Assembly: GCF_964204645.1 (NCBI RefSeq)
Contig: NC_134028.1
Span: 5,766,001-5,830,000, forward strand
Direction: 5' to 3'
Length of the DNA: 64,000 nt
From: Tubulanus polymorphus
Taxonomy: Eukaryota > Animalia > Nemertea
A program made the position numbers and the translations under genes. This document shows, piece after piece, positions 1 to 12,607 of the stretch. The notes below the pieces were generated by a model. That model saw only the letters and a list, made by a program, of their open reading frames with translations, did not search any database and was not told the DNA's origin. Numbering within the stretch: position 1 is the first letter of the stretch; each line of letters opens with the position of its first letter.

Positions 1-397
1 TTTTTTCAAATTCAGGACACGCCATGTGAAATCATCAATTTCTCGTGGGTCCCTGCGACAACAAATATCATTTTACATACTAGTGTTTCCCTCTTCAAAT
101 TGTTGAGATCCGCTCCACAAATCTAAAACTAATTCAGTTATAGTTATTTGTTCGATAACGTTCAATAACAAACAGCTGTATCGTCTGCGTTCCGTATAAC
201 GATTATCAGTACGTTCGAACGATACACTTGTTTTGGCGGATGGTTGAAATAAAAAAAAAGTATCAAAGGTAATATATGGCGCAGATTTAGAGGGTAGAGC
301 AATCAAAACATTGAACGCCATATGTTGTTTTTTTGCTAAATTTCAATCATCGTCGATATTTTCTACGAAATGCGTTGTTCAATTATTGGATAATTAG

Positions 398-671
398 GAT
401 CGATGCACCGCATGGAAAAACAGACGGGGGTAAGACAATACATCGTTATGTAATATTAGCCCAATTCAAATAATCACCCGTATCACGTCGACTGCTAACA
501 CAATAAAAACAAAGACTTCTGAACGAAACTTTTATAGCGGGTCATTGAATATTTTTTCAGGTTTCACCTTTGGAGGACGTTAACAACTTGGAAATTAGGT
601 TTTGCGAACAATTAACAGCTAAAACAATATATCAACGTCGAACCGACGGGGTCGACCTTGCGCCGAAATAA
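398..671 (+). CDS. Possible last two exons of an unidentified gene entering from the left
   Basis: Candidate exons 398-429 (AG acceptor, GTAAGA donor) and 561-671 (TTTTTTCAG acceptor) join in frame as ..SMHRMEKQTG|VSPLEDVNNLEIRFCEQLTAKTIYQRRTDGVDLAPK*. No homology recognised. Confidence 0.25.
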
Positions 672-739
672 GGATAAACATACAATACAGAACATGAAGC
701 AACATCCTTTAATTAAACTAATTCAAGTATCGAGTTTCG

Positions 740-2300
740 CTAGTCTCTTCTGCCAGTTGGAAGTGGTTGTATCCACAGTGATTTCCGTCGCTCTACGATC
801 CTAGTGTACCTATCAACGGTAACATCAAATGCTTTATAGGTTCTTGGTGAAAACATATCACCATGGTGCCTAGAAATTTCAAAATTTTCTAAATGGATAC
901 TTCACTTGTGAATGTTCAGTACATGTTCCCTTTTTATCTATTTGCTCTCCTGTCAAGGTCTGAATCTGTACACACAGAATCTCTACTTCGATTTCCGATT
1001 TCAAAATCAAATCCTGTTTCTCTCCCATCAGGTATTAGGGGGTTTGTAAGTGATACTAAATTAAACAAATCAAACTAAATCTACCAATCAAATATTAAAA
1101 TAACATGGTCAATCCCTATCTCAAGATAAAAAAAGTCTGCCCTAGCTACGCCTCTGGTTAGTATAACCTTGACCTAAAAACCCCGGTAAGTGAACATCCT
1201 TACGACAGCTGGTGAAGTATACGTTGCTGCTTATTTCGTTGTTTTTCGTGTCTCTCATATAAAATACATGATATTATGTATCAAATTTTATCAATAATAT
1301 TGATTAGAAAAAAAGAAAATCCAATTTACAAGTAGATACATTATATAACAATATAATCTGATTTCAGTCTACATAAGAAAAATAATGACGGAGGATGACA
1401 TGTTAAGATTTTTTCAAGGTAGACAAAATTAATCTTCGTGATATTGAGTTTGTTTGTAACATATCTGTAATATTGTGTGTATTTAGTTTGTCTCTTTAAT
1501 AACAAGTCTCAACTTTGTGACCAGTTCATATTATTATCTTATCTCATTACATCGACGAGGCCTGCTATTGTCGAGAAAGACATATTGAGACCGACGAATC
1601 TTAATTGTCGTAGGTATCATGTGCTACATACATCTTGTCATTAAGTGCTAGCATATATTTTTCAATAATTTGTGCTGTAGGTTTATCTCTTCTTTAGGCA
1701 ACAAATCTTAACACATTTCGCTCACGGATCGTGACCCAATGTGGCAGTTACAAATTACAGTTATGAAACTTTCATTTGACAGAAACCATATACATCGTGA
1801 TATATATTCTTTACTACAGAGTAGAGTGCTGACCAATAGATTTTGCCCTTGCTAAGATAAGCGAATTCCGCGGGGCAGTCGGGGCAACTGTAATTTGTAA
1901 TTTCATGTAACGGATGGTAAAGAATATCATGGTTGTTATTATCATTATTTACGTTATTTTTTAGTAAAGTCGTTCCAGATATTTGAGCCAGAAATGCAAT
2001 TTTCCGAGGCAAGCGGATATTTCTACAGCATAAAAGTTTATTACGAGATTTTTAAATCGTATTCGCGTGCGATGACACGATTGATTGAGTAGTTCTCGTC
2101 CCCAAGCACTAAAACCATGGCAACTTAAATCTGTTGTGCGTCATAGTTACGATAAAACACTACCTGAAAGAAAGCTTCCCGGTGAAGTTTTGTAGAAAAA
2201 TAGATCTGACTTACTTTTCCGCGCGGGTGAGATTTTCAGCACGAGTCAGACGCTCTCTGAGTTTTTGTGAATATCCTATTTTCGAGTCGTTATCAGGCAT
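740..2300 (-). CDS. Putative uncharacterised multi-exon gene
   Basis: ATG exon 2300-2215 (MPDNDSKIGYSQKLRERLTRAE, GTAAGT donor) splices in phase to 2022-1794 (NIRLPRKIAF...SCPDCPAEF...KIYWSALY). A later exon ending at 1204 (GTAAGG donor) splices in phase to terminal exon 869-740 (HHGDMFSPRTYKAF...GRRD*). Middle exons uncertain. Confidence 0.4.
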
Positions 2301-3616
2301 GTTGACACGAATATATATGTCGTAATTAGCGGGCACAAGTTGTCGTTCTATCGCGATACACAATTCGCACCAGCAATATTTATGAATTTACGTTTCATTC
2401 CCGATATCGTACAACGCGAACAGCTACTAATGATAAAAGAAGTAACATATGGTCGAATATAAGCGAAGGAAAAACACTTGTGATGTTAACACCATATATT
2501 ATATAGATCATATATAACTATCATACCTACAACTTACGTGCACTCCAATTGGGAAACTTAATATCCTCTTTGCATCAGGTTGAAAGGTTGAATGGTACCC
2601 ACACTGCGATGAGACTCGTTAATGCACCGCACTTTATAGAAACTTGAATTTTGCCGCGCGACAACATACGCTATTTGTATCACGGGCGAGTTCGGCCAGT
2701 TCGACGCGATATACGGGAGAACTAACTAACTGCTAATTAAACATGCTGCCAATGAAAACAGTTTGCCAAATCAACGTAATCAGACTTCGTCACTGAGAAT
2801 GGCGAGTACTTGTTGACAGTCTATTTCGACATAGCATTCGCTGCTATATATGTTACTTTGTATATGTTACTTTGTATAGATATTAATTGTTCTATTTTTG
2901 TCATCCATATTGTCTAAATTGTACAGTTAGTCAAACTAACGGCATAGACGAGATTAGGGGCGAGGAATATCTAGACCCATTATTTATTAATCAGCGAAAA
3001 GCTATTTTCTCACCTACTCGAGTAAACGGCGAAACGTTCGGCTAAAATCACCGTAAGGACCGGCGGTACCTGAACCTGATTTTGGAGAAATAAGAAGACA
3101 GCACACATCCAAACATACGTTTTGATATGATAAGTGTGCTTAGGCAATTTTGTTTCTGCGGAAAATTGAGCTTAAGGCGGGCAATTAAATCATGTTTTAT
3201 TGACCAAAATGTTCATTGATAGCCGAGATGCAGACTTCACCTAATTGGTTTTCTGACACGGAAACTGCGGACTAGAGTCGGTAGAACACAAACAGCAAAG
3301 AGAATCAGGCAAACAAGTGAAACGATTTTTTTTTCTCAAAAATATCTCAACTAAATATTGCAAAATATGAAAAAAATACAAACACAAGTGATCTCTATCG
3401 AAATCACATGTAATTTGCACTAATGCACAACCCGGATGTAAAACTATCAAAATAATCAACACAATATTGACATTGGGAAAATATTGATACAGAAATTATC
3501 ATCCTTTTTAAACAATTCAAAGATTGTTCCCGTGGATTTCAGACGGTGAATTTTCTTTTAGGGATATGAAACCCGACAGGTGTCTGCAGGGTCGCAAACA
3601 ACGGAGCCGTATGTAT

Positions 3617-6600
3617 CTATAATCTCATGAATCGAAGCGACTCTTGTAGATTCACCAGTGACATCGACAATATTCTTATCGACGGTTTTGGTCGGTCGAA
3701 CGATGGCAGAAAAACCTTTGAAAGGAGAAAAAAACTGGAATAGAATTATCGAAGGTAAAACGTATATATAAAACTTATCTATAGTATATCCTCTATAGGG
3801 GTTGGAACCCCCCAATTTGATGATTAACCTATGGTCCTATTTGATGAGAAAACCCAGCTGTGCTCGGGGACAAAATAGTTCCTAAATGTCATTAATAGAG
3901 TGGGTCTCAGTGGTCAACGCTGCAACTCACGAAAAAGGTCACATCCTTGACTTAGTTTTAACTAAGAGAACCAGATCCGGCTATCACCAACATCGTTGGG
4001 TAACCAAGCTATAATTAATCCATTACTCAAGAAACCTGGTTTAGACAGTAATGTTTTGGCCAATTATCGGCCAGTGTTTAATATCCTTTTTTAGTTGAGA
4101 AGATTGCACTTCAGCAATGACAGGGTCGCGTGTCAACGAATGAACTTTAATCTCGGTTTTAGTCTGCCTATAGACAGAACTACAATGTATGTTGAGAGTC
4201 TACAATGATACTTAATGCCCTTGATCATCACAAGGAAGTTCAATTTGTAATGTCGGACGTGTCATCTGCATTTGATACCATCGACGGTATTGGGGTAGAG
4301 AGGCACTCAAAATACTTTTGGGTCACTAGGTTGACATGCACTCAAGTGATTTGAATCGTATACCTTTCGGATAGATTTCAGCAGGTTCGTGGGGCAACAC
4401 GGGTATCGGGCAACATAGGTGTCCCTATTTACAAGGCCACATCTTGTTCACGTTACCCCAATTCTGTACAGTCTCTTTTTTCTCTGTCCACCAAAGGATC
4501 AAGTGTCTTATTTATGATATGCTCATAACCAGGCACTGCCTGTCTAACTGAATACACTGGAGGCAAGAGTTACAAGACAATCATCTGAAATTCGTCTAAT
4601 TTAACCACTTTGTCGAACAGAGTTCTATGGTTCACGCACTTTTTCTGTCTCGGCACCTACTTTGCGGTTTGCTAATACACATTCGTAACCGACCGTCAGT
4701 GGAGTCCTTTAAACGCGCTTAAAAACATTTTATTCGAAGAGTTTTAAACAAAAAGCCACTGTTTAAAAAAACAAATGAATATTTTTAAAGAGCTTTGAAA
4801 CTGTTTTAACGTTAGGCGTTTTGTAAATAATGAGTTGTTATTATCGGTAACTATTTTTTACCTTGACGTAGATTTTGCATTTTTCTAAAAGATATTTCCA
4901 CTTGATGTGTGTTTTCATCGACACGGGCGCTTGTATGAATTGTTCCGGCTACAATAGAGATCGATTAGTAATTTGAACCGACCATTCGAGAATAATGATC
5001 CATGGGAATAGAATATCAGGTAGACACGAAAATTTATTTATTCATTTCGCACCGAATGCTACGATTTTGGTGATTTCTACTGTTCAACGTCAGGCCGAAA
5101 TAATGCTGCTACTGTTATAAGGGAAATACTTAGCAATGTGTGCATTTTTGACGCCGTAAAAACCGTTAATGTTTTTATACATTGATACCTGGTATGCGTT
5201 ATTTAAGGGGTTCTGTGTGACTCCATGTGCACTACGTCATCAAAATAACAATTACAATTTTGAATTTTGGCGTAAATAGATATATCTCATAACTCCTATT
5301 TTATCAATTTCAATAAGTACTCTTGAGAGGATGTGTACTACGTAATCAATATTGGGGCTAGACTGGATGATGCATTCAAATCCAGAATAATTTCATTGAT
5401 CCTTATTATTATATAGCTTACATTATATTATTTAGTGTCGACAATATTAAGCAATATACGTGTATGTGTTATTTTTCAAAGCGTCAATAAACTTTCAATT
5501 TAATTTTCTTGTTCTTGTCACTCTGCGAAAGAGGGGCATCGTCATGAAATAATGAAATAGCTCTTCAGGCGAAATGAGCCAAGACAATTGAGAAAAACGA
5601 TCCGATCGATAGCGACTCTGATTATATCTTGATACGTTCGGATGCTAGTTGGACTTACGGGGAATCCGATGGCTTTTTCAGCGACTGAAGCTTGTAGCAG
5701 ACAGCCAGTCAGTGTTCCGGTCAAGTCGCTGATGTTCGCGTAAATGCTATAATACAGTCGCGTCGGTACCGGACACTGGTCACCGTGAGAAATCGCGCTG
5801 AAATTCGGGCAGTCGATATTCTCGCAAACGCGCTCGTAGATATCCATCACTCGATTACAGCTGCCGCTAAAAACAAGCATTTGAAATTTCGGTGTAAGAG
5901 GATGCAATTCTGAAGCCAAAAAAAATCAGGTTTTTCAGTGTGGCCACTTTCCCCATTTACATATTCCAACAGTTTTCCCTGATTTTCCCACGTAATTACA
6001 CAAAAATATTCCCTGATTCATAAAAAAAATTCATATTCATTTTTCACGAATCGCATATTAATAAAAAATGCGATGATAATAGCATTCGTTAGGCTAAAAA
6101 AAATTGATACCTTGTTTCTCCGCTCCGCTAAGCTTAAATGTTGACCCGGCCAGCCGCCTATCTACCCTATACATTACTTTTTTAAAAATCGTGATCAATT
6201 TTACCATAACAGACCCGGCCGCTATAGAAATGAACTGTTTACAAATTTTATCATATTTTACAAAAATGACCCGGCCGCTGCGGAAAAACAAGGTATCATT
6301 TTTGTTTAGCCTTAGTTTCCCTGATTTTTTCTAGATTTTTTGATTTTGATTCCCCGAGTTTTCCAGGTGTTCCAGGTCAGCGGCCACCCTGTTTTAATCG
6401 CCACTCTATGCGACAGGTTGGGGGATGCGGACTGGCTGGACACACCTGCTTGCCAGTTCATGTGTGGCTCCCGACACTTACCACCTAGCAAAGACACAGG
6501 CGCTATCAGTCGCGTCCAAATCAAACTTAGATAGATATCCGTAGATGATACCATACGTGTAACCAGTAGCAGAAAACTCGGGTTTGATAAAAATCTGTTT

Positions 6601-7990
6601 CAACTGTTGAACGTTGTAGACGTCTTTGATACTGGATACTGCAAATTCAATAACAGATACGCTATAGTCAATAACCTTGTCAATCTACCTGTAACTTGGA
6701 GCCCAGTCTTACAGCTGTGAGATCTTTACTTATGAACAACTAATGGGACCACACAATAGAAATGTGTATTTAATCTATTGCACAACCAATTGTCTGAAGT
6801 GGAACTTTTATTTTTTTTCGTGCTGAACACCAATAGCGAGAACCAAGTCGTCGCGTATTGGAATATCATAAAGATACATACACACATGTTACGTTCCTGC
6901 CGGTGGAGCACCTAATCAAACATCTATAGCCGAGCTATATGTATATCTCATAAATGTTTTATTGATAGTTATTGTGTTCACTCTGTTCTCTGTAAATGAT
7001 TTATGATGTATTTATAGTTAAATATCTGCGTGTGATTCAACCCTGTTTGGTGGAGACAGTTTGTCTTGTTACCCATGCTGATTAAGTGTTGTCTCAGTAC
7101 TATCTGTATAATTGTCATCCTACCGTCTGTCCTGTAGTTTAAGTCATGAAAATAAACACGCTCAGTCAGTTTTGGTATTCCAAACTGGAATTTTAATTAA
7201 TCAGGGTCTCCCGACGTCGACCATTCTTCGAGAATACGACCGAATGCTTTTGTAAAACAATACTTTTCTGCCGCGATAATTGCGATAAAACCGATGTACT
7301 TGCCTGACGAAAAGCCAATCAATCTATTAGATTTGTAAATCATATCATCAAACCTAAGTCTTCCAATGAATAGTCTGTACACTTACGATCGACGGAATCT
7401 TCGGCCATAAAGTTGTTGCATCCAATCTGAGCTGGGTCAGTCGATATTTCAACAGACTGAGCGAACTGATACAAGTTGTACGCCTCTTGGGTGTCTAAAA
7501 AAAGAAACTTTGTAAATTCCAAAGTTCATTTCTATTGGCTAAATCCATTTATCTAACACCAGGGAACAGTAAGAATTTGGATAATTTGAGAATGGGCTAT
7601 AAAGCCACCAAACCCCTTTGCGAAAGGACTTGCACAAAAGAAATATTCATTATATATACTGTATTTGTGGGTATCGTTGAATGTACAATTATTACCAGGG
7701 TTAGTGATGATCACTGATTTGCTGCAAGTTGACAATGCGACTTTCTTTCTGTAGCTGTCAAACGACGCTTTAATATCTACCAGAAACAGCACTGAAAATA
7801 ACACATATATATATATATATGAAAATGTCAGAAATTATATTGCTGTGTACGAAATCACTGTTGCCATGTTTATACAGACAACTTGTACAGGTCACATGTG
7901 TTCCGAGCTTTCGAGCAGTTTTTATCAAACATGCCCAAAAAAATGCGGGATTGAATTACGCTTAGATATATCCTTACACAAATGCTTATA

Positions 7991-8061
<71 letters not shown>

Positions 8062-10711
8062 ATATAAAGGGTAACGAACTTGAACTTGGAATTTCCCCCC
8101 AACGTCCTTACCATGTTCTTTCGGTATCCACGTTTGAGCCATATTAGACAATTCGTTATCCCAGCTAAAACGATACACGTTTTCACTAGTAATATCTACG
8201 ACATGGGAAAATGATTCTGATTGCTATAACAGGTGATCAAATTGATTTAAAGCCAATCTAAACATTACAATATATACGATCCGGACAACGACGACACTAG
8301 AACTTTCTGTTAACATCTTTCCCAGCGAAGCTCATCAAATAGATTTAACCTTGGAGTGATCAGACTGAATCAGTCTGATTACTCCAAGATTTAACTTACA
8401 GCGTAAGTGACGCACTAGCACAAGTTTCGTCCATTAATTGCACTTCACATTTTTTCACCACTCGCCCATTCTTGCAGTTCACCTCCTTAGCGTCACCGAC
8501 CTAACAACACATTCGCTATTATTAGCGGTCGGAAATACAGGATGCATCGCTTTCACGGTTTTCATAGATTTGATTTTAGAGGAGGCATCGGTATTTCACA
8601 CGTTGTAGCATGAATTGGTAACATTTTTCAGGGTGGCCACTTTCCACGTGATTACACAAAACTCCCTGAACGAATCATGGATATTTCTAGGTTTAAAATG
8701 TTACGATTCATTCACTTATCATTAAATCACGTACAAGAAAAACGTGGCCAATGGTATTATCTTAATACCCTAAGTTTTCCAGGTTTTTGGTAAAATTTGT
8801 CAAATTCCTTGAGTTTTCCCTGATTTTTTCTAGATTTTCCTGGTTCCCTGAGTTTTCCAGGCCAGTGGCACCACCCTGATTTGGGACACTATGTGAAGGA
8901 ACATACCGATTGCCGAGTGCTTTTTCCGTGCCGGTGTTTTTTGTCTGTCAGTAAGTAATCTTACGATACTTACGTTACGCACAGCGGCTAGTATGTTCAC
9001 CAGGTCACCAGCTCCACCGGCAATCATCACCTGCCCGTTAGCTAGGACATCGCCTAACGTCTGATAATCGCTGCCCGGTCTGATCGGAACGTGCAGTAAC
9101 TGCGTGTACGGATTCAGATCGACACCGGCGTACAATTTCAACGTGGAATGATGCTCGCTAATGTTCAAACAGAAACAACTGGGAAAAAAGATAGATGGTG
9201 ATATGTAACTACGACAAACTAAAAAATTCGACAAAAGATCTTCGTTTTAATTCACGCAAAAAAAGTCATCGGCAGCTGCCATATTTATTTTTTAATGTGT
9301 TTTTACGTATATTTGGTAAACATACTGATGTGTAATTTGCATATGATAGTATGCATATGATATTAATTTGCATACGATGGTTCATCGTCAAATTCAATGA
9401 CAAATATACACAGCATATATACATACATTCATATTAATTGATTACTTAAATGAATATCTAGGCATCGTTCTTGTCAGTTGAGAGGAACATGAAATATGGA
9501 ATATGAATATGCCTAAATTGTAGGTAAATTATTTGTAAAAAGTATAATGCACCACGTGCACCGCGAACATCTCATCAAAAATAAATTCATTTAAATTCAT
9601 TCTGTTGGTGTACGGTGCATCATACAGCAGATGTGCCGAACACTTCAAATAAATGACAGCTCTCCGGATTGGATTGTGTGTACTATAAACATGTACGTAC
9701 CTATGAGTGGTTGGTCGAAATTTTTCATCTCTACCGTCACTAGGTTTACTTTGCACTTGTGGGTTTCCGATTTCAACTGCAATGAAATGATGACGAACGC
9801 AAAACGTATAAATTACAATATCTATATGGGCCAGCTTTAGAATAACCTTGAAATATATTTTTGCCGATTATTTCAACGGCTGGAAACTTTATGTTTTCAA
9901 ACGATATCAACCGGGACATTGATCCCTGCAGGGGGTCCAACAATCCATTCGGTTCTAATGAAACAACTACGGCATTACATTACAAAATGTCAACATGTAT
10001 TTCAAGACGTCGTTTCTTCATACGGTGCAACAGTTATGACGAACTCTTAGAGAAACGAAATGATATTTTGACCAGCATAATCAAACTTTCAAGAATAATG
10101 ATCAAGAGACCAGTGACAGTGTGAAGGCCTACGACAGTGTTTACCTATATCATTGATGTGAAATAGTTCGGCTAGACTTCGGATACGTTCGTAGCCTCCC
10201 CAGCAGGTTGCGTTTATAGAATCATCCGGCGAATCTCTGATGGTAAAACTCAATAAATGAAGTTCACTTCCCGGCACTAAAAAGCAGAAAAATTGAAATA
10301 AAACGTGCATATTTATACATGCCAGGATCAACTATGATTTCGAGATCAATTTCGATTAAAAATCATGAGATGATCTTCTCGATTGGTTTTCTTATCGACC
10401 GCACACTGTTCTCGACCTTTTTTACTAGGAATAGCCTTTGGTTGTTCTTTAGCCAAAACGACACCAACAATAACCTGGAAATGAAAGAAAATTAGAACCT
10501 GGGGTGGGTGATCGAACAACGACTTCTCATATTGGTTGATAAATTATCTCTCGAAAACTGCTCTTGATACCGTATTTGAAATCCCAGGTACGAGATCTTT
10601 GATAGAAGTAATACCAGTGCTGTAGTTTGGAATAGCTGATGTCTGTTGGTAGTGGGCCGAACCGAAGTCGAAGTCACTTTGGCGAAACTGATTATTGTCG
10701 TTCCAAGCCAT
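3617..10711 (-). CDS. MEIOB: Meiosis-specific OB-fold ssDNA-binding protein MEIOB, 13 coding exons
   Basis: Phase-consistent GT-AG exons 10711-10571, 10474-10417, 10276-10145, 9776-9701, 9178-8974, 8500-8400, 8164-8112, 7791-7696, 7494-7387, 6638-6482, 5866-5659, 4948-4862, 3715-3617. MEIOB-like motifs: [71 protein letters not shown]. Confidence 0.92.
3890..4460 (+). mobile_element. Decayed L2/CR1-clade LINE ORF2 fragment in the last MEIOB intron
   Basis: Frameshifted remnants in the expected order: [12 protein letters not shown] (endonuclease, ~3925), [16 protein letters not shown] (~4020), [14 protein letters not shown] (~4260), FESY.SDRFQQV, GVP.QG (reverse transcriptase). Confidence 0.8.
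5936..6391. mobile_element. Non-autonomous DNA transposon (hAT-like MITE, CAGGGTGGCCAC termini)
   Basis: Starts CAGTGTGGCCAC, ends CGGCCACCCTG, with internal TTCCCTGA motifs. Related copies at 8629-8878, 13105-13260, ~15503-15709, ~23410-23610 and ~45667-45746. Confidence 0.65.
7994..8057. repeat. (TA)n microsatellite in a MEIOB intron
   Basis: About 30 perfect TA units. It produces the spurious YIYIYI ORFs. Confidence 0.97.
8629..8878. mobile_element. hAT-like MITE of the CAGGGTGGCCAC family
   Basis: Inverted termini CAGGGTGGCCACT ... AGTGGCACCACCCTG, with internal TTCCCTGA repeats. Confidence 0.7.
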
Positions 10712-11777
10712 CTTATGATTCTTCCTAAAACTGTTAAATACCGGTGATGATAAAAGGATTGTCAAAAGGGTTGCCAGATGATACACGTTTTACTAACGTT
10801 AATTCATTCGATTCCCGAATAAGATGACTACAGGTAGTGGCCCTGGTGCTGGTTGCACAGTCGTGACTTCGAAACGACTATATCATGCAACACGTCTAAA
10901 AGTCAGACCAGTGTGGCAGTAGGCCTATAGGCCTATAAGTATGGTATTTAGACCAACTAATGACTGCGCAACTGACCCAGATTCTGAAGAAAGCCTGGAA
11001 ACGAAAAGCCTGGGTCAAATAAACTAATATAGCCTAAATGTCTATGTTATTCATATAATTTGACACTTGTATAAAATAAGTCTAATGGAATTTGCCTCGC
11101 TTCCTAATCAATTTCTCACTAATGAATTTCAAATAATAAAAGACCACACAGTCTCCAGCGTCGGGTATACAACTAGTGGAAAGATTAAAAAGATGAAAAT
11201 TGCGACTCAAGGTAAAGAACGTGTCGCGTCGTCAATGCACCGTGACTACTGTGTATTTTCACTGTCCAGTCAGGCAGTACGGGAGTTCAAAAATCCCGGG
11301 TCAGAGTGGAGCTGTGTAGGTAGTAAAAAATGCTCGGTGTTACCTAAAAATTTCAAATTTTTAAATTCTGAAATCTTTTGTCGATACGATGTTACAAATA
11401 TGAGAGAGAGATAAGAGAACTATAATATATCATATTAACAGAGATTGCTTTCAATACCGGCCCGAGGCCTGGCCATACTGTGCACCAGACGGTGCTGCCC
11501 TCTAATCTGAAGAATCGGTTAAGGTCATCACTGTGGAGCTTATGACAAGTTGCGAGTTTTGGAAATATGTTTCGCAATAAATACGTTTTTTATGCATGAC
11601 ATATCACTCAAAGCAATAAAATTGATGCATAACAAATGAACGAAGTGAGTTAAAGCCAGGTAAGGAGATTTTACTTTCGGTTGAAATTGATTTGTCGTTT
11701 TAATTTACCGGGTTTTGTCGGTTTTCACAACCAATCAAATTTAAATTAAATTTATTTTTGGGCGATCTGTCCCAAAT

Positions 11778-12071
11778 GGCCGGCTCTATTATCCATCCGG
11801 ACGCGTCCGGATGTCTCCAATTTCACTCTTTTATCGATCACGTGATCATCCGGATATCTCCGGACTCTCCATTCTGGCGAGGTGGTTTAGTTGCGGAGTG
11901 GAGCCGTGCGGTTAAGAAGATACACGTTCAGCATAGCATTAACAGGCAACCAGTCTAGGCTCAGCAACCAGTCTATTAAGTGATAGCACAGTCGTTCTCC
12001 GATTGTACTCTATTTCACCGGAATCTCCGGATTATCCGGATATCAATCCGGACGTGATAATAGAGTCGGCC
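11778..12071. mobile_element. MITE with long TIRs (PIF/Harbinger-like) between MEIOB and NRDE2
   Basis: Inverted termini GGCCGGCTCTATTATC ... GATAATAGAGTCGGCC, with subterminal ATCCGGA repeats at both ends. Confidence 0.7.
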
Positions 12072-12607
12072 AAAATGGTGTACATGACTAACCCTAAAAA
12101 ATCGACGGGTGAAATTAATTTCTCGATTTTTCTAAAACAATATTAGGAATTTTATTCGCAAAACAGTAAATGTCTGCATGCACGTTCATTTATTTTTCTT
12201 GACTTACATACCACATGTCCATAGAGACGGACAATATTTCTCATTTGGCACCATTTTGGGTGATTGGTATGACTGCTGTGTAGGTGTCCCTAATTGTTAT
12301 GTACCTAACCTTACCATAACACTATTCTTTAATAACACTAGCGCCACCAAGTGGATAGGTGACCCAAACAGCAGTTAGACCGGGCGATTGTCCTTGCATG
12401 TATCACTCCAAATGAAGGTGCATCTGTTTGATTCTATGTGTTCTTGATTATGCAAAATTGAATCATTGGGCGGGTTGGCTATGTCAGGGCATCTGTCATC
12501 TACATGTCATTAGCATTCCAGACTTTCCCATTTTTTGGTGTCAATTTGATATTAGTTTACTATCATACCTATTTTATTATAGCTATTTACCAACTTACTA
12601 CGGGGCA

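Noticed and set aside
2780-3075. Alternative MEIOB terminal exons (3075-3014 and 2840-2780)
   Set aside because: Exon 3715-3617 ([29 protein letters not shown]) fits the MEIOB C-terminus better and has a strong acceptor.
3241-3330. Signal-peptide-like frame on the minus strand (KIVSLVCLILFAVCVLPTLVRSFRVRKPIR)
   Set aside because: No ATG, an in-frame TGA just upstream, and it lies in the probable MEIOB 3'UTR (polyA signal near 3200).
7845-8186. ORFs with YIYIYI runs
   Set aside because: Translation of the (TA)n microsatellite. Only 8164-8112 is a real MEIOB exon.
11067-11414. 115-aa ORF between MEIOB and NRDE2
   Set aside because: Non-ATG start, no recognisable motif, and no supporting splice structure.
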